Source of the DNA: Candidatus Heimdallarchaeota archaeon
GTDB lineage: Archaea; Asgardarchaeota; Heimdallarchaeia; Heimdallarchaeales; Heimdallarchaeaceae
Assembly: GCA_016839945.1 (NCBI GenBank)
Contig: JAEOTE010000025.1
Coordinates: forward strand, 12,517 to 76,516
Length of the DNA stretch: 64,000 nucleotides
Direction of reading: 5' to 3'
A program made the translations under genes and the position numbers. Below the pieces are notes generated by a model. It did no database searches. It saw only the letters and a program-made list of their open reading frames with translations, and had not been told where the DNA came from. Shown here piece after piece: positions 37,951 to 47,782 of the stretch (within the stretch, counting starts at the first letter, position 1; the number at the start of each line of letters is the position of its first letter).

Positions 37951-40215
37951 TTAGGAAAGAAATGTTAATTGTTTTAGAACACTGAACAATTGATCAAGGG
38001 GAAGTTGCTGAAGTTTCTTTGAATCTCTAGCTTGTCTTTCTAGTTCTTTCAACAGAATACTATACTCATATGCAGATTTAGCAATTTGAGAAAATGCTTG
38101 ATCAAAATGAGAAATAGTCTGAAGTATATCACTTGCACTTCTTGCGAATTTTGATCCATCAAGAAAATATGAAGCAGATTTGTAATTATCTTTGCTGTTA
38201 CTAGCTCCAAATCCAAGTATTGCAGTTTTAGTGGCTTCAAGAAATTCAATTAATGCATCTGCTAGATTTTTTTTCACTTCTATTGCAGTCCAATTAATAT
38301 CTGATGCTTCAGTACCAAATAATTCCTTATGATCTAACAGTTCTTTACAATCTTCTGATATGCGTGAGTTTATTGCATCAAACAAATCAAAATTGCTAAA
38401 TGCGTGATTAATAACTGATTCACAATTAGCTTTAATGGTTGGTTCAGCAGAATTAGCAAGATTATAACCTTGAGCGAGTTTATCAATAACTGTGTTCAAG
38501 AAGAGAAATTGTCTGGTTAATTCAAACAGACGTAGCTCAACATCTTGTCCTTGTATGAATGTTTGACTATATCTTTGCTCCACCCAAACGCTATCAATAT
38601 TTGATTCACCACTTAATTGAGATATTTCTAATGCTTTTGTTGAGAAGTAATGAGCTTTTGCATGATATATCAAATCTAGCACTTCATTCACTTCCTTATC
38701 CTTAAGATATAATTCAAGATTAATTGAATTTGCAATGAACTCCAAGCATTCAATATCTTTAACAATATAGACTTTCCTTTCTGTTTTCGGGAGGAAGTAT
38801 GCTGACAATTTTATATTGTTAATATCTTCTAATAGCGTCTCTACATTTTCAACTGTAACTTTCTTCCCTTTTTTCTCCATACTTCTAAGTTGTTCTGCAA
38901 TGTCTTTTGTTGCATATTCTAATCTTTCAATAAATCTAGAGAAATTTTGTTCTGCTCTCTTTATTGCCTCTGCATGTGGAACTTTTTCTAAGATTGATAT
39001 CTTGATTTCTTGAACATAATTGAGATAAACAAAAGGTAAACTACTTACATAATTTATATTGACTTTTAATCCTGGTCTATTTACTATACTCTCGATTTGC
39101 ATAATTGTATCTTGGATTTTTCCATCCTCTTTTGTTGGAATTATATCAATTAGCTGAGAAGTTTTCGCTGCTAATTCTGATATACTGTGCCAAAAAGTGT
39201 GAAGAGTTTCTTTCTTGATAATTTCTTCTTTAAATTTCAAACTCCAATCATCAATTTTAGTATTTTTTGTTAATATTTCTAGTGCTTCTTTTTCTAATCC
39301 TAAAACTAGATTGAGGTACTCCACGCTAGCTCTAAAACTATCATCCTTTGCTGCTTCAAAGCTTAAGCGTAAATAATGATCAATCAATTCATTGTTTCTC
39401 AAAGCTTGATTTATAGGTATTTGGTTATTTTTTATTTGCTTAGCTTGTAGTTCTGGATCATCAGTTAACCCTTCATAATTCTCCAAAGCTTTCCGCAAAT
39501 GAAACAAACTTCTTTCGAAAACAAAATGCGAAGCTATGGGATCTCTCCACCACCAATCTTCTCCCAATCTGTTTAAGAATTGAGAAGTGAAAGATACATC
39601 AAATCTTGCTTGAGACAGTTCATAGGAACCTCTCTCTTCTAATAATTTCATATTTTCACCACTTTCTGGAGATTCTTCAAGAAGCTGCAGTAAGTATTGC
39701 TTTTGATTTAGTAATAGAAATGCTAGCATAACTTCTTCAATGCTTGATGATTTGGGGTGATTTGAATCAAAATAAGTTTGCGATATACTATTTAGAATTC
39801 TATACCCTTCAACATATGATGAGCAATAAACTGGGGAAGGACTCGTTTCAAAAATTCCAGTATTGACGATGTCAGCATAGATTATCATTAAAATTGCTAA
39901 CTCCATTTGAAATTCCTGTAAATTCTCAATCCTGAATGTAAGATTCTCTTTTCTTTGCTTATCTTCTTCAATTTGTGATTTATCTCTTGTCCATTCATCC
40001 AAGTATCTTCTGTATAACAAATGAGATAGAGATGAAACATCAGAAAGTGAATCTGCGCAAAAACGAGAAAAGCTTAACCAGATTTGATTAATTTCCTCTA
40101 ATTCATCAATTTGGACAAAAGATTGATAGATTCTTTCTCTTTCAAGTTCCATTAGTACAAATTGTTTGAAGGGTGAGTCTCTAAGTAGTTCGATTGTTTC
40201 TTTTAAAAATAACAT
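37951..40215 (-). CDS. Large hypothetical alpha-helical protein
   Basis: 754-aa ORF, Leu/Glu-rich helical pattern, no catalytic motif recognised. Confidence 0.75.
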   Translation of the reverse strand: MLFLKETIELLRDSPFKQFVLMELERERIYQSFVQIDELEEINQIWLSFSRFCADSLSDVSSLSHLLYRRYLDEWTRDKSQIEEDKQRKENLTFRIENLQEFQMELAILMIIYADIVNTGIFETSPSPVYCSSYVEGYRILNSISQTYFDSNHPKSSSIEEVMLAFLLLNQKQYLLQLLEESPESGENMKLLEERGSYELSQARFDVSFTSQFLNRLGEDWWWRDPIASHFVFERSLFHLRKALENYEGLTDDPELQAKQIKNNQIPINQALRNNELIDHYLRLSFEAAKDDSFRASVEYLNLVLGLEKEALEILTKNTKIDDWSLKFKEEIIKKETLHTFWHSISELAAKTSQLIDIIPTKEDGKIQDTIMQIESIVNRPGLKVNINYVSSLPFVYLNYVQEIKISILEKVPHAEAIKRAEQNFSRFIERLEYATKDIAEQLRSMEKKGKKVTVENVETLLEDINNIKLSAYFLPKTERKVYIVKDIECLEFIANSINLELYLKDKEVNEVLDLIYHAKAHYFSTKALEISQLSGESNIDSVWVEQRYSQTFIQGQDVELRLFELTRQFLFLNTVIDKLAQGYNLANSAEPTIKANCESVINHAFSNFDLFDAINSRISEDCKELLDHKELFGTEASDINWTAIEVKKNLADALIEFLEATKTAILGFGASNSKDNYKSASYFLDGSKFARSASDILQTISHFDQAFSQIAKSAYEYSILLKELERQARDSKKLQQLPLDQLFSVLKQLTFLS

Positions 40216-40315
40216 TAATTATCTGTAAGAGTGTTAGTAAAAAAATATTTTGACGTTAAATACATTTATTCTTTTAGGAAAAAAACTAAGTATAATCCTA
40301 TAATCTTGTAGATTT

Positions 40316-40546
40316 TTATTCAGGTTTATACCACTTGGGTTCTTTCATTTCTCCAAGTCTTTTATTAAACTCTTGAACTAGTTTTCTTGCTATAATTGTA
40401 GTTTCTGCAGGATAATGTTTGGATTTGCTCAATTGTATTCTCCTGCCACAATAAGGGCACATTTTTGTCTTTTGTTTAGCTTTACAATAACTGAATCTAC
40501 TACATTTTAAATTACTACACCTTACAACAATAAACTCGGTAGACAT
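40316..40546 (-). CDS. DUF1922-like Zn-ribbon protein
   Basis: IVVRC...C......QKTKMCPYCGR......AR.LVQ..N. Confidence 0.78.
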   Translation of the reverse strand: MSTEFIVVRCSNLKCSRFSYCKAKQKTKMCPYCGRRIQLSKSKHYPAETTIIARKLVQEFNKRLGEMKEPKWYKPE

Positions 40547-40551
40547 TTCTC

Positions 40552-40965
40552 CTATTCTCCTATAATAGTTACAGCTACTGTTCTAGATCTTGATCGAACA
40601 TCCAAGCAAACAAATACTGGTTGTTGCCATGTTCCTAGTTTTAAATTTCCATTTTGGATTGAGATAGATAGACTTGGACCTATCAAAGATGCACGTAGAT
40701 GGGAATGTGCATTAGAATCAATCATATCATGCTTATATCCTGCACCTTTTGGAACTAATTTTTCCAGTATCTCTCGAAAATCTTCAAGTACTCTCGATTC
40801 AAACTCAATAGCTGTTAAAGCTCCAGTAGAACCGATTACATTTGCTAGAAGTACCCCTTCCTTAATATTTGATTCTGCTACATATTTACTAAATTGTGAT
40901 GTTAAATCTATAATATCTATTTCACCCTTAGTCTGAAATTGTAAAAGTTTACTAATAACTTGCAT
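40552..40965 (-). CDS. yjbQ: YjbQ (UPF0047) family protein
   Basis: IDLT, GSTGALT.IE.E, YKHD...NAHSHLRASLIGPS, LGTWQ. Start likely ATG 40965. Confidence 0.92.
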   Translation of the reverse strand: MQVISKLLQFQTKGEIDIIDLTSQFSKYVAESNIKEGVLLANVIGSTGALTAIEFESRVLEDFREILEKLVPKGAGYKHDMIDSNAHSHLRASLIGPSLSISIQNGNLKLGTWQQPVFVCLDVRSRSRTVAVTIIGE

Positions 40966-41065
40966 ATAAAGCACCAATAATTTGTTGTTCTCTATAATAT
41001 CAATAAATATTCTCTTAAAAATTAATTGATTCAATTATAAAAATCGAGATTCCTATTTTTTATGA

Positions 41066-41677
41066 TTATGAATTTGGTATTTGACGAATTACATTGTTAT
41101 ATAGTAATCCCTTAGCTGCTTTTTCAGCGTCATTTTCAGATAGTTTCATTAGTTTCACTATATCATTTAATGTGGCTGATCCTTTGTATTTTAGCAATGA
41201 GAGTACCTTTTCTTGTTGAGGACTGAATATCTGTGCCGCATCTCTCCTTATAGTCAGTGGATTAAGTTCTAATTTAGATTCTGATAAATTACTTAGAGGT
41301 TTGCTATACTTTTTTAGTTGTTTGTCAACGAAATGTTTCATTATCGAATACTGTTCAACCCTCCCATTCCAATCAGTTAATGATTCTGAAAAGCGATTAT
41401 GGAATTCATTCTGGATATCTTCCAGATTTTGTCTAATAGTTTTTTCATCATCACTACTATCTACACAAGCTACTGTAACAGTTTGATTACCAGTTATGTA
41501 AATGAACTTATAACTAGCGGTTTGAAGATAATCACAACCTTTGTCGATATTTTGAGCAAAAATCTCAATAGCACTCAAGAAGCTAGTAATTAAATTCTCA
41601 TCATGATCTATGCTACCATACTTTCTATGATATAGACATTCGCCTGTATCTTTTGCAATCCATATATTATGTAGCAT
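41066..41677 (-). CDS. Longin-like domain fused to a C-terminal winged helix
   Basis: WI..DTGECLY.R.Y...DENLITSFLSAI..FA (longin-like); QEKVLSLL...ATLNDIVK....E.DA......L (HTH). Confidence 0.72.
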   Translation of the reverse strand: MLHNIWIAKDTGECLYHRKYGSIDHDENLITSFLSAIEIFAQNIDKGCDYLQTASYKFIYITGNQTVTVACVDSSDDEKTIRQNLEDIQNEFHNRFSESLTDWNGRVEQYSIMKHFVDKQLKKYSKPLSNLSESKLELNPLTIRRDAAQIFSPQQEKVLSLLKYKGSATLNDIVKLMKLSENDAEKAAKGLLYNNVIRQIPNS

Positions 41678-41779
41678 AGAATTCAAGTAGATAAATCATA
41701 ATCAACACAAAAATGCACATAATACTCAGATATTTTCTCCCAACTATTCACAACCTATTTTTTTCAATAATGAGAATTA

Positions 41780-42247
41780 TTATGAATCTATACCAAAATC
41801 TGTTTTCTTAACTAAAGTAAAACCACAACGAGCACATTTTAACATATAGGAATCTTCCTTTGATCCTCTTCCAGCATGTTCTAGATTATATCTACAGTTG
41901 GGACATAAAATATCATTTGGTTCTAATGATAATATACGTTCCATTTCTATATTGAAATGTTGCTGTTGATCTATGAGTTCTGAAGATGTTGAGAGATAAA
42001 ATCCTTCAGAATATTTGGAGATGATTATAACATCATTACTTTTAATTGGATTGGTCTTAAACCAGTCATCTAAGCCTGTAATCTTACCCTTTCTTGTTAA
42101 ATGAGATCCGTAATACTCATCAAAAGATTCAATAAAAAACAGAACTCCCTCTTTGGGAAACATATCTCTATCTTCATCTGATATTGTTATAGTTTTTGAG
42201 TTGATCTCATCATAAGTCAAATTTTTAACAAGGAAACCCACATGCAC
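41780..42247 (-). CDS. Hypothetical protein: B3/EcoRII-N-like N-terminal domain plus C-terminal Zn ribbon
   Basis: KNLTYDEI...TITI...DMFP ... GLDDWFKTNPIKSNDVIII; CPNC...CARC; GTG start with GGAG SD. Confidence 0.6.
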   Translation of the reverse strand: MHVGFLVKNLTYDEINSKTITISDEDRDMFPKEGVLFFIESFDEYYGSHLTRKGKITGLDDWFKTNPIKSNDVIIISKYSEGFYLSTSSELIDQQQHFNIEMERILSLEPNDILCPNCRYNLEHAGRGSKEDSYMLKCARCGFTLVKKTDFGIDS

Positions 42248-42350
42248 AAATATCTCTCCAGATTAGGCTGATTAGTTCAAATTTCTTTATAAAAAACTTA
42301 GTAGAGGCAATAAAATATTTTTTTCTCGAAAAAAACCGAATATAACTATT

Positions 42351-43280
42351 CTACTTCATTTTTTCTTTTTTTATAGCGATAAGCTCTTCAGGTACAACTG
42401 TTCTAATTCGTCTTGGGGCAACTTCGAACTTAATATTGGTTGCTCCATAATTCACAATCTCTCCTTCTACTTCAACTGGTAAAGGTTTACTCAATTCTAA
42501 GCTAACTTTCTTCCCTCTTATATATTCAACACCTTTCTTTCCTAAATGTTTTCCAGGTTTTAAAACATTTAGTAAATAATATTGTCTTAATTTTCTGATA
42601 TCTCCAGCGTAACATATGGCAAAATCTTCATAGAAATGATAATTATCGGGTAACATATGAAATCCTCCCCCAAAGCGACTTCCAAAACCTACAGAAATTA
42701 TTAATAATTTAAAACTAATTTCATCATTATCATCAATTTGAAATTTTGTTGGCACCAGTCTATATTTACCAATACCTTTGAAAGCAAGATAATAGTACTT
42801 CGCAAATCCTCTCAACCATTTTGCGTCTGTAAAAGATGAAACAGAGATTGTTGCTCCAGCACCTGTATCAACAATATTGACAAAGTATCTCTTATCATCA
42901 TCAGCTTGCGCTATACCAACCCCTAAATCGAGTGTATTTCCCTTTTCTAAAATATCCAAACTTCGATGATAATTATCATCATACTTAAGGCCAAGAGCAT
43001 GATCATTTCCATTTCCTAAAGGTAGTATCCCGAACTTGTTGTCTAATTCATAAAGACCATTAGCTACTTCGTTTACTGTACCATCTCCACCTGTTGCTAC
43101 CACACAATCAAAATCTTTTCCTTTATCTCTTGCTAATTCAATTGCGTGCTTTGGAGATTTTGTAAAAATACTTTCGTAGTCGAAATTTCTTTTCTTAATC
43201 TCATCTTCTACCTTTGGCCATAGTTTCCCTATTAGACCATTATGAGCTTGAGGATTAACTATGAATAAATGCGAAACCAT
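42351..43280 (-). CDS. Diacylglycerol/sphingosine kinase family (YegS/DgkB-like) lipid kinase
   Basis: IVNP, GGDGTVNEV.NG, LPLGNGND, FGGG, EVEGE. Confidence 0.92.
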   Translation of the reverse strand: MVSHLFIVNPQAHNGLIGKLWPKVEDEIKKRNFDYESIFTKSPKHAIELARDKGKDFDCVVATGGDGTVNEVANGLYELDNKFGILPLGNGNDHALGLKYDDNYHRSLDILEKGNTLDLGVGIAQADDDKRYFVNIVDTGAGATISVSSFTDAKWLRGFAKYYYLAFKGIGKYRLVPTKFQIDDNDEISFKLLIISVGFGSRFGGGFHMLPDNYHFYEDFAICYAGDIRKLRQYYLLNVLKPGKHLGKKGVEYIRGKKVSLELSKPLPVEVEGEIVNYGATNIKFEVAPRRIRTVVPEELIAIKKEKMK

Positions 43281-43328
43281 AGTAGAGAAAAGTATAGGCT
43301 GTATTTAAAGTTTAACTAGAAACAGGTG

Positions 43329-43418
43329 TGGAGCCTTAGAGGGGAGTTGAACCCCTGTCCTGTGATTTTCTCGATAGATTTACGAGATCACTGCTCTGGA
43401 CCGCTGAGCTACCAAGGC
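43329..43418 (-). tRNA. tRNA-Thr(CGU) with 13-nt intron (43368-43380) at 37/38 and encoded CCA
   Basis: GCCTTGG/CTAAGGC acceptor stem, GCTC/GAGC D stem, GTGAT/ATCAC anticodon stem, AGGGG-TTCAACT-CCCCT T arm, U73-CCA; intron CGAG pairs with exon CTCG. Confidence 0.93.
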
Positions 43419-43548
43419 TGCTTTTTTATTTTAGATTAAACTTATAGATTTTATGAGTATCGATAAAGTAGAAGGCTAATAATGTAAATGATTAATAGCC
43501 AACAAAACAAGGAAATTGATGGTAATTTCCATCTTTAGAATTTATGAA

Positions 43549-44772
43549 CTAATCAAGTGGAAATCTTGCGTACCCTCGAAATTCTATCCAGTCCTTTAAA
43601 TGATCCTCAATAATTTCTTGAATTGCGTCTTGATCAAGATTTCTAGCCATCTCTTCGTCAGGAGTTAGAATTGCCATAATATAACGATCTTCTTTGAATT
43701 TCAAATCACGTAGAATAAATATTTCATTTGTTCCATCATCTAGTGAATACCTTCTTATTCTTAAGAATGGTTCACGTAATCTATCGATATTCTCAATAGC
43801 TTCATAATATGCGTTATGAGCTAAATCCTCTAGTTCTTGCTTTATGGAATGTTGAGCAAAACATACATTTATGCTATAATCATATAATCCAAAGAAATCT
43901 GCTTTTAATTGTTCAACAACATTTTGTGATGCTTCTTTTACGCCTTCTTGAATAAGAGATATTTCTCTAAATATGTGTGAAAATGCCCCTAAAATAGATG
44001 ATCTTATTTTTACACTTGTTCTGAACATATCTTTAGCCGGTTCAAAAAATGGACAATTATTTGTCATATAGTCTGTAATAGATTCGAAAACATCTAGAGA
44101 TTTAGTGTCTATTTCGTATTCAGGATCAGATTTGTGAAAGAATATCTTCCATGGAACTTTAAGTTTCAGATTATTTGTAACGTTTATTATCTGCTTTAGA
44201 TACTCAAAACTTTCCTCAAACCTATCCTTTGCTTGAACATCGATCACAAAAAGGATTATGTCTGTACCTACAAAGTACTGATCTGGATTTTCTAGATAAT
44301 CTTCTCGATAAATACTTTGTCCTCCTAATTCATGAATAAAAATATCCATCTTAAAAACATCAATTTTTTCACGAAGTAGTCCCCTAGTTGGTGCTAAAGC
44401 ATATAATTTCTGGAACAAAGATGATAGTGTGCTTCTATGTTTCAAAGCTATAGATAATGATGTTTTTCCTGCATTATCGATTCCAACCATAACTATCTTT
44501 GCACCTGCACTGACCTTTTCTTTTTCTTCTACTAAAACAAGTCTACTTGCAGCAATCCAACTGTTTATCCTTTCTTTAGGAATCTTCTTTGCAATCTTAT
44601 CGTAATGGTCACTCCATTTGTCTGAAAGATCTTCAATTGTTTCTAGTTGAAATCCTTTCAATAGTTCGACTTCATCTTCATTAATATCTAAGAGAGCTAT
44701 TATTGGAAGTTTTTTCAGATCTTCCTTGCTTCTATATTCTTCTTTTAGGAGTTTGTCACGTATTTCAGACAT
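43549..44772 (-). CDS. Arf/Rag-like small GTPase with N-terminal helical extension and C-terminal alpha/beta domain
   Basis: GIDNAGKTS, APTRG, HELGGQ, LFVIDVQ, FHKSD. Confidence 0.85.
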   Translation of the reverse strand: MSEIRDKLLKEEYRSKEDLKKLPIIALLDINEDEVELLKGFQLETIEDLSDKWSDHYDKIAKKIPKERINSWIAASRLVLVEEKEKVSAGAKIVMVGIDNAGKTSLSIALKHRSTLSSLFQKLYALAPTRGLLREKIDVFKMDIFIHELGGQSIYREDYLENPDQYFVGTDIILFVIDVQAKDRFEESFEYLKQIINVTNNLKLKVPWKIFFHKSDPEYEIDTKSLDVFESITDYMTNNCPFFEPAKDMFRTSVKIRSSILGAFSHIFREISLIQEGVKEASQNVVEQLKADFFGLYDYSINVCFAQHSIKQELEDLAHNAYYEAIENIDRLREPFLRIRRYSLDDGTNEIFILRDLKFKEDRYIMAILTPDEEMARNLDQDAIQEIIEDHLKDWIEFRGYARFPLD

Positions 44773-44951
44773 CTTTCTTCTTTCTCCAGAGTAGGTTGTG
44801 TGTTTAAAGTCTTATTATTACAATAATCACTCTGTCAAATAAGAATTTTGTTAACAATGTAATCATGAAAATTTGTTTACATCTTCTTTGAAGAAATAAA
44901 GTTTAAAAAGGCAAAAGCTAGCGCTTTAATAAATCGAAAGGTGTATACGAA

Positions 44952-46955
44952 TTGCGAACACACAAAGTTAAAAGTTTGATATTTGTTTCAACGATGATTC
45001 TAGGATTAGTCCTAGCAAGTATATTAGGTTCTTCAATGAACTTCTCACCCTTAGAAAACACAACCTCTTTATCCCCCAATAATGAAATAATTTTATTTAA
45101 TAACACAGATCCAATTATTGATGGATATTTAGATAGCTATTCAGACGAATGGGAAAATGCAACAATTTTAACTACTACCTATGGATTCCCAACTACAACA
45201 ATAACAATACGTGTGCAAGCAAATGAGACATATTTATTCATGGGATTCAGTTTTACAATTCCTGAATATTCTCCAATAAATACAACTATACCTACAGGTG
45301 ATAGTTATAATAACCAATCTCATACTTGGTTTACAATAGTATTTGACAATAATTTTGACCAAAAAATTGGAAATGAATTGTCTCCTGGAGATGCTATTGC
45401 TGTAAATTATAGAGCTGAAGGAGCTTATGATTGTTTCATTAATGGAACATCTCCTGAATCTTTTGTACTGGATGTAAACGCAACCGGTTTTAACGATGCA
45501 ATTGGATTTCTAACCCAAAAAGAAGATGATTTTCATAATTATGAAATATCAATAGAAGTTGCAAAGAAGTTGAATTCAGGCGATGAAAATGGGTATGATA
45601 TGAGAGTTCATGAAAGTGACAAATTGAAGTTTCTACTTCTAGCTTTTGAGAATGAGACAGCAGTATATAATTATACTACTTTAAATAGTCACATCACTGC
45701 CTGGAAAACTATAAGCTTAGAAACACAACACACTTACTTCTCCTATGTTGAAACTTATGATGAAATAGATGCTCTTCTATATGTCTCAGATTCATCATAT
45801 ACAAGTTTTTATAATCTGACAAGTATTGCTCATTTCTTATATCAATATGGAATGAACGCAACTATTGTTTTAGAGGATGCTTACGAATTTACAACTCCAA
45901 GTCTTGATTTAGTAGACTTAGTAATATTGCTTGGTTCTTTGACTGATTTAACTGAAGAAGAAATAGAAGCTCTTAGATTCTATGCAGCTGCTGGTGGAAG
46001 TCTAATGATATTAGCTGATGGAACAGATTCTGAAAGCAAGATTAATGATTTATTAACTCATTTTGATATGGAAATTTATAACTCAACTATTATCTCTAAG
46101 AATATTGCAGTTAATTCTTCTATTATAGTAACTGGAAATGATATCATAGATTTACCTTTTCTGGACTCTTCTACACTGTTAACTAATCAACCAATAAACG
46201 AAGTTGTTTATTATGGATCTGCTATTAACTTTACTGATGAGATTGGAGAAAAAATAATCCAATTCCAAGAAGGAGATTTGTATTCCACAATAAATGTGAC
46301 AGGTGATTACTACATAGATTTGGATAAAAATGGTGAGTTCAATTCTTCAATCGATCTTTCTCTTAATGATTCAGCAACATTGCAGGCAGCCGTGGAATTA
46401 CAAAGAGGAGGAAAAATAATAGTTACAGCTTCTGCTGAATTATTTAATCAAACTGCCTTCGCTCAAAAAGACAATAAGTACTTCTTACTCCGAGAAATAC
46501 AATGGTTGTTGAACTCTCAAAATAGAATAAACATTCAAAGTTATGAAGTGCTTGAATCAGAAGTAGTAGAAGGTGAGGATATTCATGTCACCATCACAAT
46601 TAAGGGAGACAATGATACTGTCCTTGATGATGTTCATGTATGGGTTACTCTTCAAACATTCAAGACAGATATAAATTCATCCGATTTATCAATAAAGGAA
46701 GATGGCATTAGCTACAATGGTTCTATAAATACTGACGTAGCTCCAGTAGCATTTGTTGATGTGTCAATTAGAATGCATAAAAGAGGATATGGCTACAATG
46801 AAACTGCACTTTATCAAGTTTTTATTGACCCACTACCAAGAGGCTTTATTAAAATAGATATTGTAGCTCTAATTATATTCGTTTGTTCTATTGGACTAGC
46901 AGGTATTGGAGCTTTTGCAATAAAGAAATACAAGTTCGAAAGCAATGGCGAATAA
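44952..46955 (+). CDS. Membrane-anchored glycoprotein, OST48/Wbp1-like (GIFT plus Ig domain) with N-terminal DOMON/CBM9-like domain
   Basis: Signal peptide, PIIDG....EW, DLVILLG..LTEEEIEALR.Y...GGSLMILAD, C-terminal HKRGYGY..QVFIDPL then TM; many sequons. Confidence 0.68.
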   Translation: MRTHKVKSLIFVSTMILGLVLASILGSSMNFSPLENTTSLSPNNEIILFNNTDPIIDGYLDSYSDEWENATILTTTYGFPTTTITIRVQANETYLFMGFSFTIPEYSPINTTIPTGDSYNNQSHTWFTIVFDNNFDQKIGNELSPGDAIAVNYRAEGAYDCFINGTSPESFVLDVNATGFNDAIGFLTQKEDDFHNYEISIEVAKKLNSGDENGYDMRVHESDKLKFLLLAFENETAVYNYTTLNSHITAWKTISLETQHTYFSYVETYDEIDALLYVSDSSYTSFYNLTSIAHFLYQYGMNATIVLEDAYEFTTPSLDLVDLVILLGSLTDLTEEEIEALRFYAAAGGSLMILADGTDSESKINDLLTHFDMEIYNSTIISKNIAVNSSIIVTGNDIIDLPFLDSSTLLTNQPINEVVYYGSAINFTDEIGEKIIQFQEGDLYSTINVTGDYYIDLDKNGEFNSSIDLSLNDSATLQAAVELQRGGKIIVTASAELFNQTAFAQKDNKYFLLREIQWLLNSQNRINIQSYEVLESEVVEGEDIHVTITIKGDNDTVLDDVHVWVTLQTFKTDINSSDLSIKEDGISYNGSINTDVAPVAFVDVSIRMHKRGYGYNETALYQVFIDPLPRGFIKIDIVALIIFVCSIGLAGIGAFAIKKYKFESNGE

Positions 46956-47042
46956 GCTTTGCTTTCAATTTTAATATTTTTATACTTTTGAATAAATCTT
47001 ATTATAGTGATGTCTCATAATAATTTTAAGTGTGAAAATTAA

Positions 47043-47765
47043 ATGATCAATTTAGCTATCTTCTCTGATGTTCATTCCAATCTAGAAGCGCTAAATGTTG
47101 TAGTTGATTATATTAAAGATATTTCACCTGATATCATAATATTCCTTGGTGATATAGTAGGATATGGTCCTAACCCTAAAGAATGTATTAAGATTGTTGA
47201 AGATATAGCTCAAATACATGTTGTGGGAAATCATGATTATGCCATTTTTACAGATAACTTCATGTATTTCAATCCTTTACCAAAGATTTCACTGTCATGG
47301 ACAAAACAGCAACTTACTGATAAGGAAATCCAAATTCTAGGATCTCATCCATTTTTCTCAATTTTTCCATTGTTTGTCACTGAAGGTAATGCAATGTTTG
47401 TTCATGGTTCACCAAGAAAACCTCTAAGAGATTATGTATCTCCTAACCTACCCTCTTGGTCATATAACATGTTCTTCGAAATAACAAGAGAATTTACTGA
47501 AATAGATTTCCTCTTTCTAGGACACACTCACAAACCACTCCATATAATTAATGAGGAAAAGCACCTTCTCAACCCTGGTTCAGTAGGACAACCTAGAGAT
47601 AAAAATCCCAAAGCATCTTTTATGACTTTTCAAATCAAGGAAAAAACAAAAGAATTTGAATTCGAACATGTTCGATTAGATTATGATGTTGAAACAACTT
47701 GCAAAAAGATGGAAGAACTTCAGTTTCATCCCTTTCTTATTAATAGATTAAGAAGAGGAATCTAA
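47043..47765 (+). CDS. Calcineurin-like metallophosphoesterase
   Basis: SDVHSN, LGDIVGYG, GNHD, VHGSP, GHTH, NPGSVGQPRD. Confidence 0.93.
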   Translation: MINLAIFSDVHSNLEALNVVVDYIKDISPDIIIFLGDIVGYGPNPKECIKIVEDIAQIHVVGNHDYAIFTDNFMYFNPLPKISLSWTKQQLTDKEIQILGSHPFFSIFPLFVTEGNAMFVHGSPRKPLRDYVSPNLPSWSYNMFFEITREFTEIDFLFLGHTHKPLHIINEEKHLLNPGSVGQPRDKNPKASFMTFQIKEKTKEFEFEHVRLDYDVETTCKKMEELQFHPFLINRLRRGI

Positions 47766-47782
47766 TCATTAAATGATAAATA

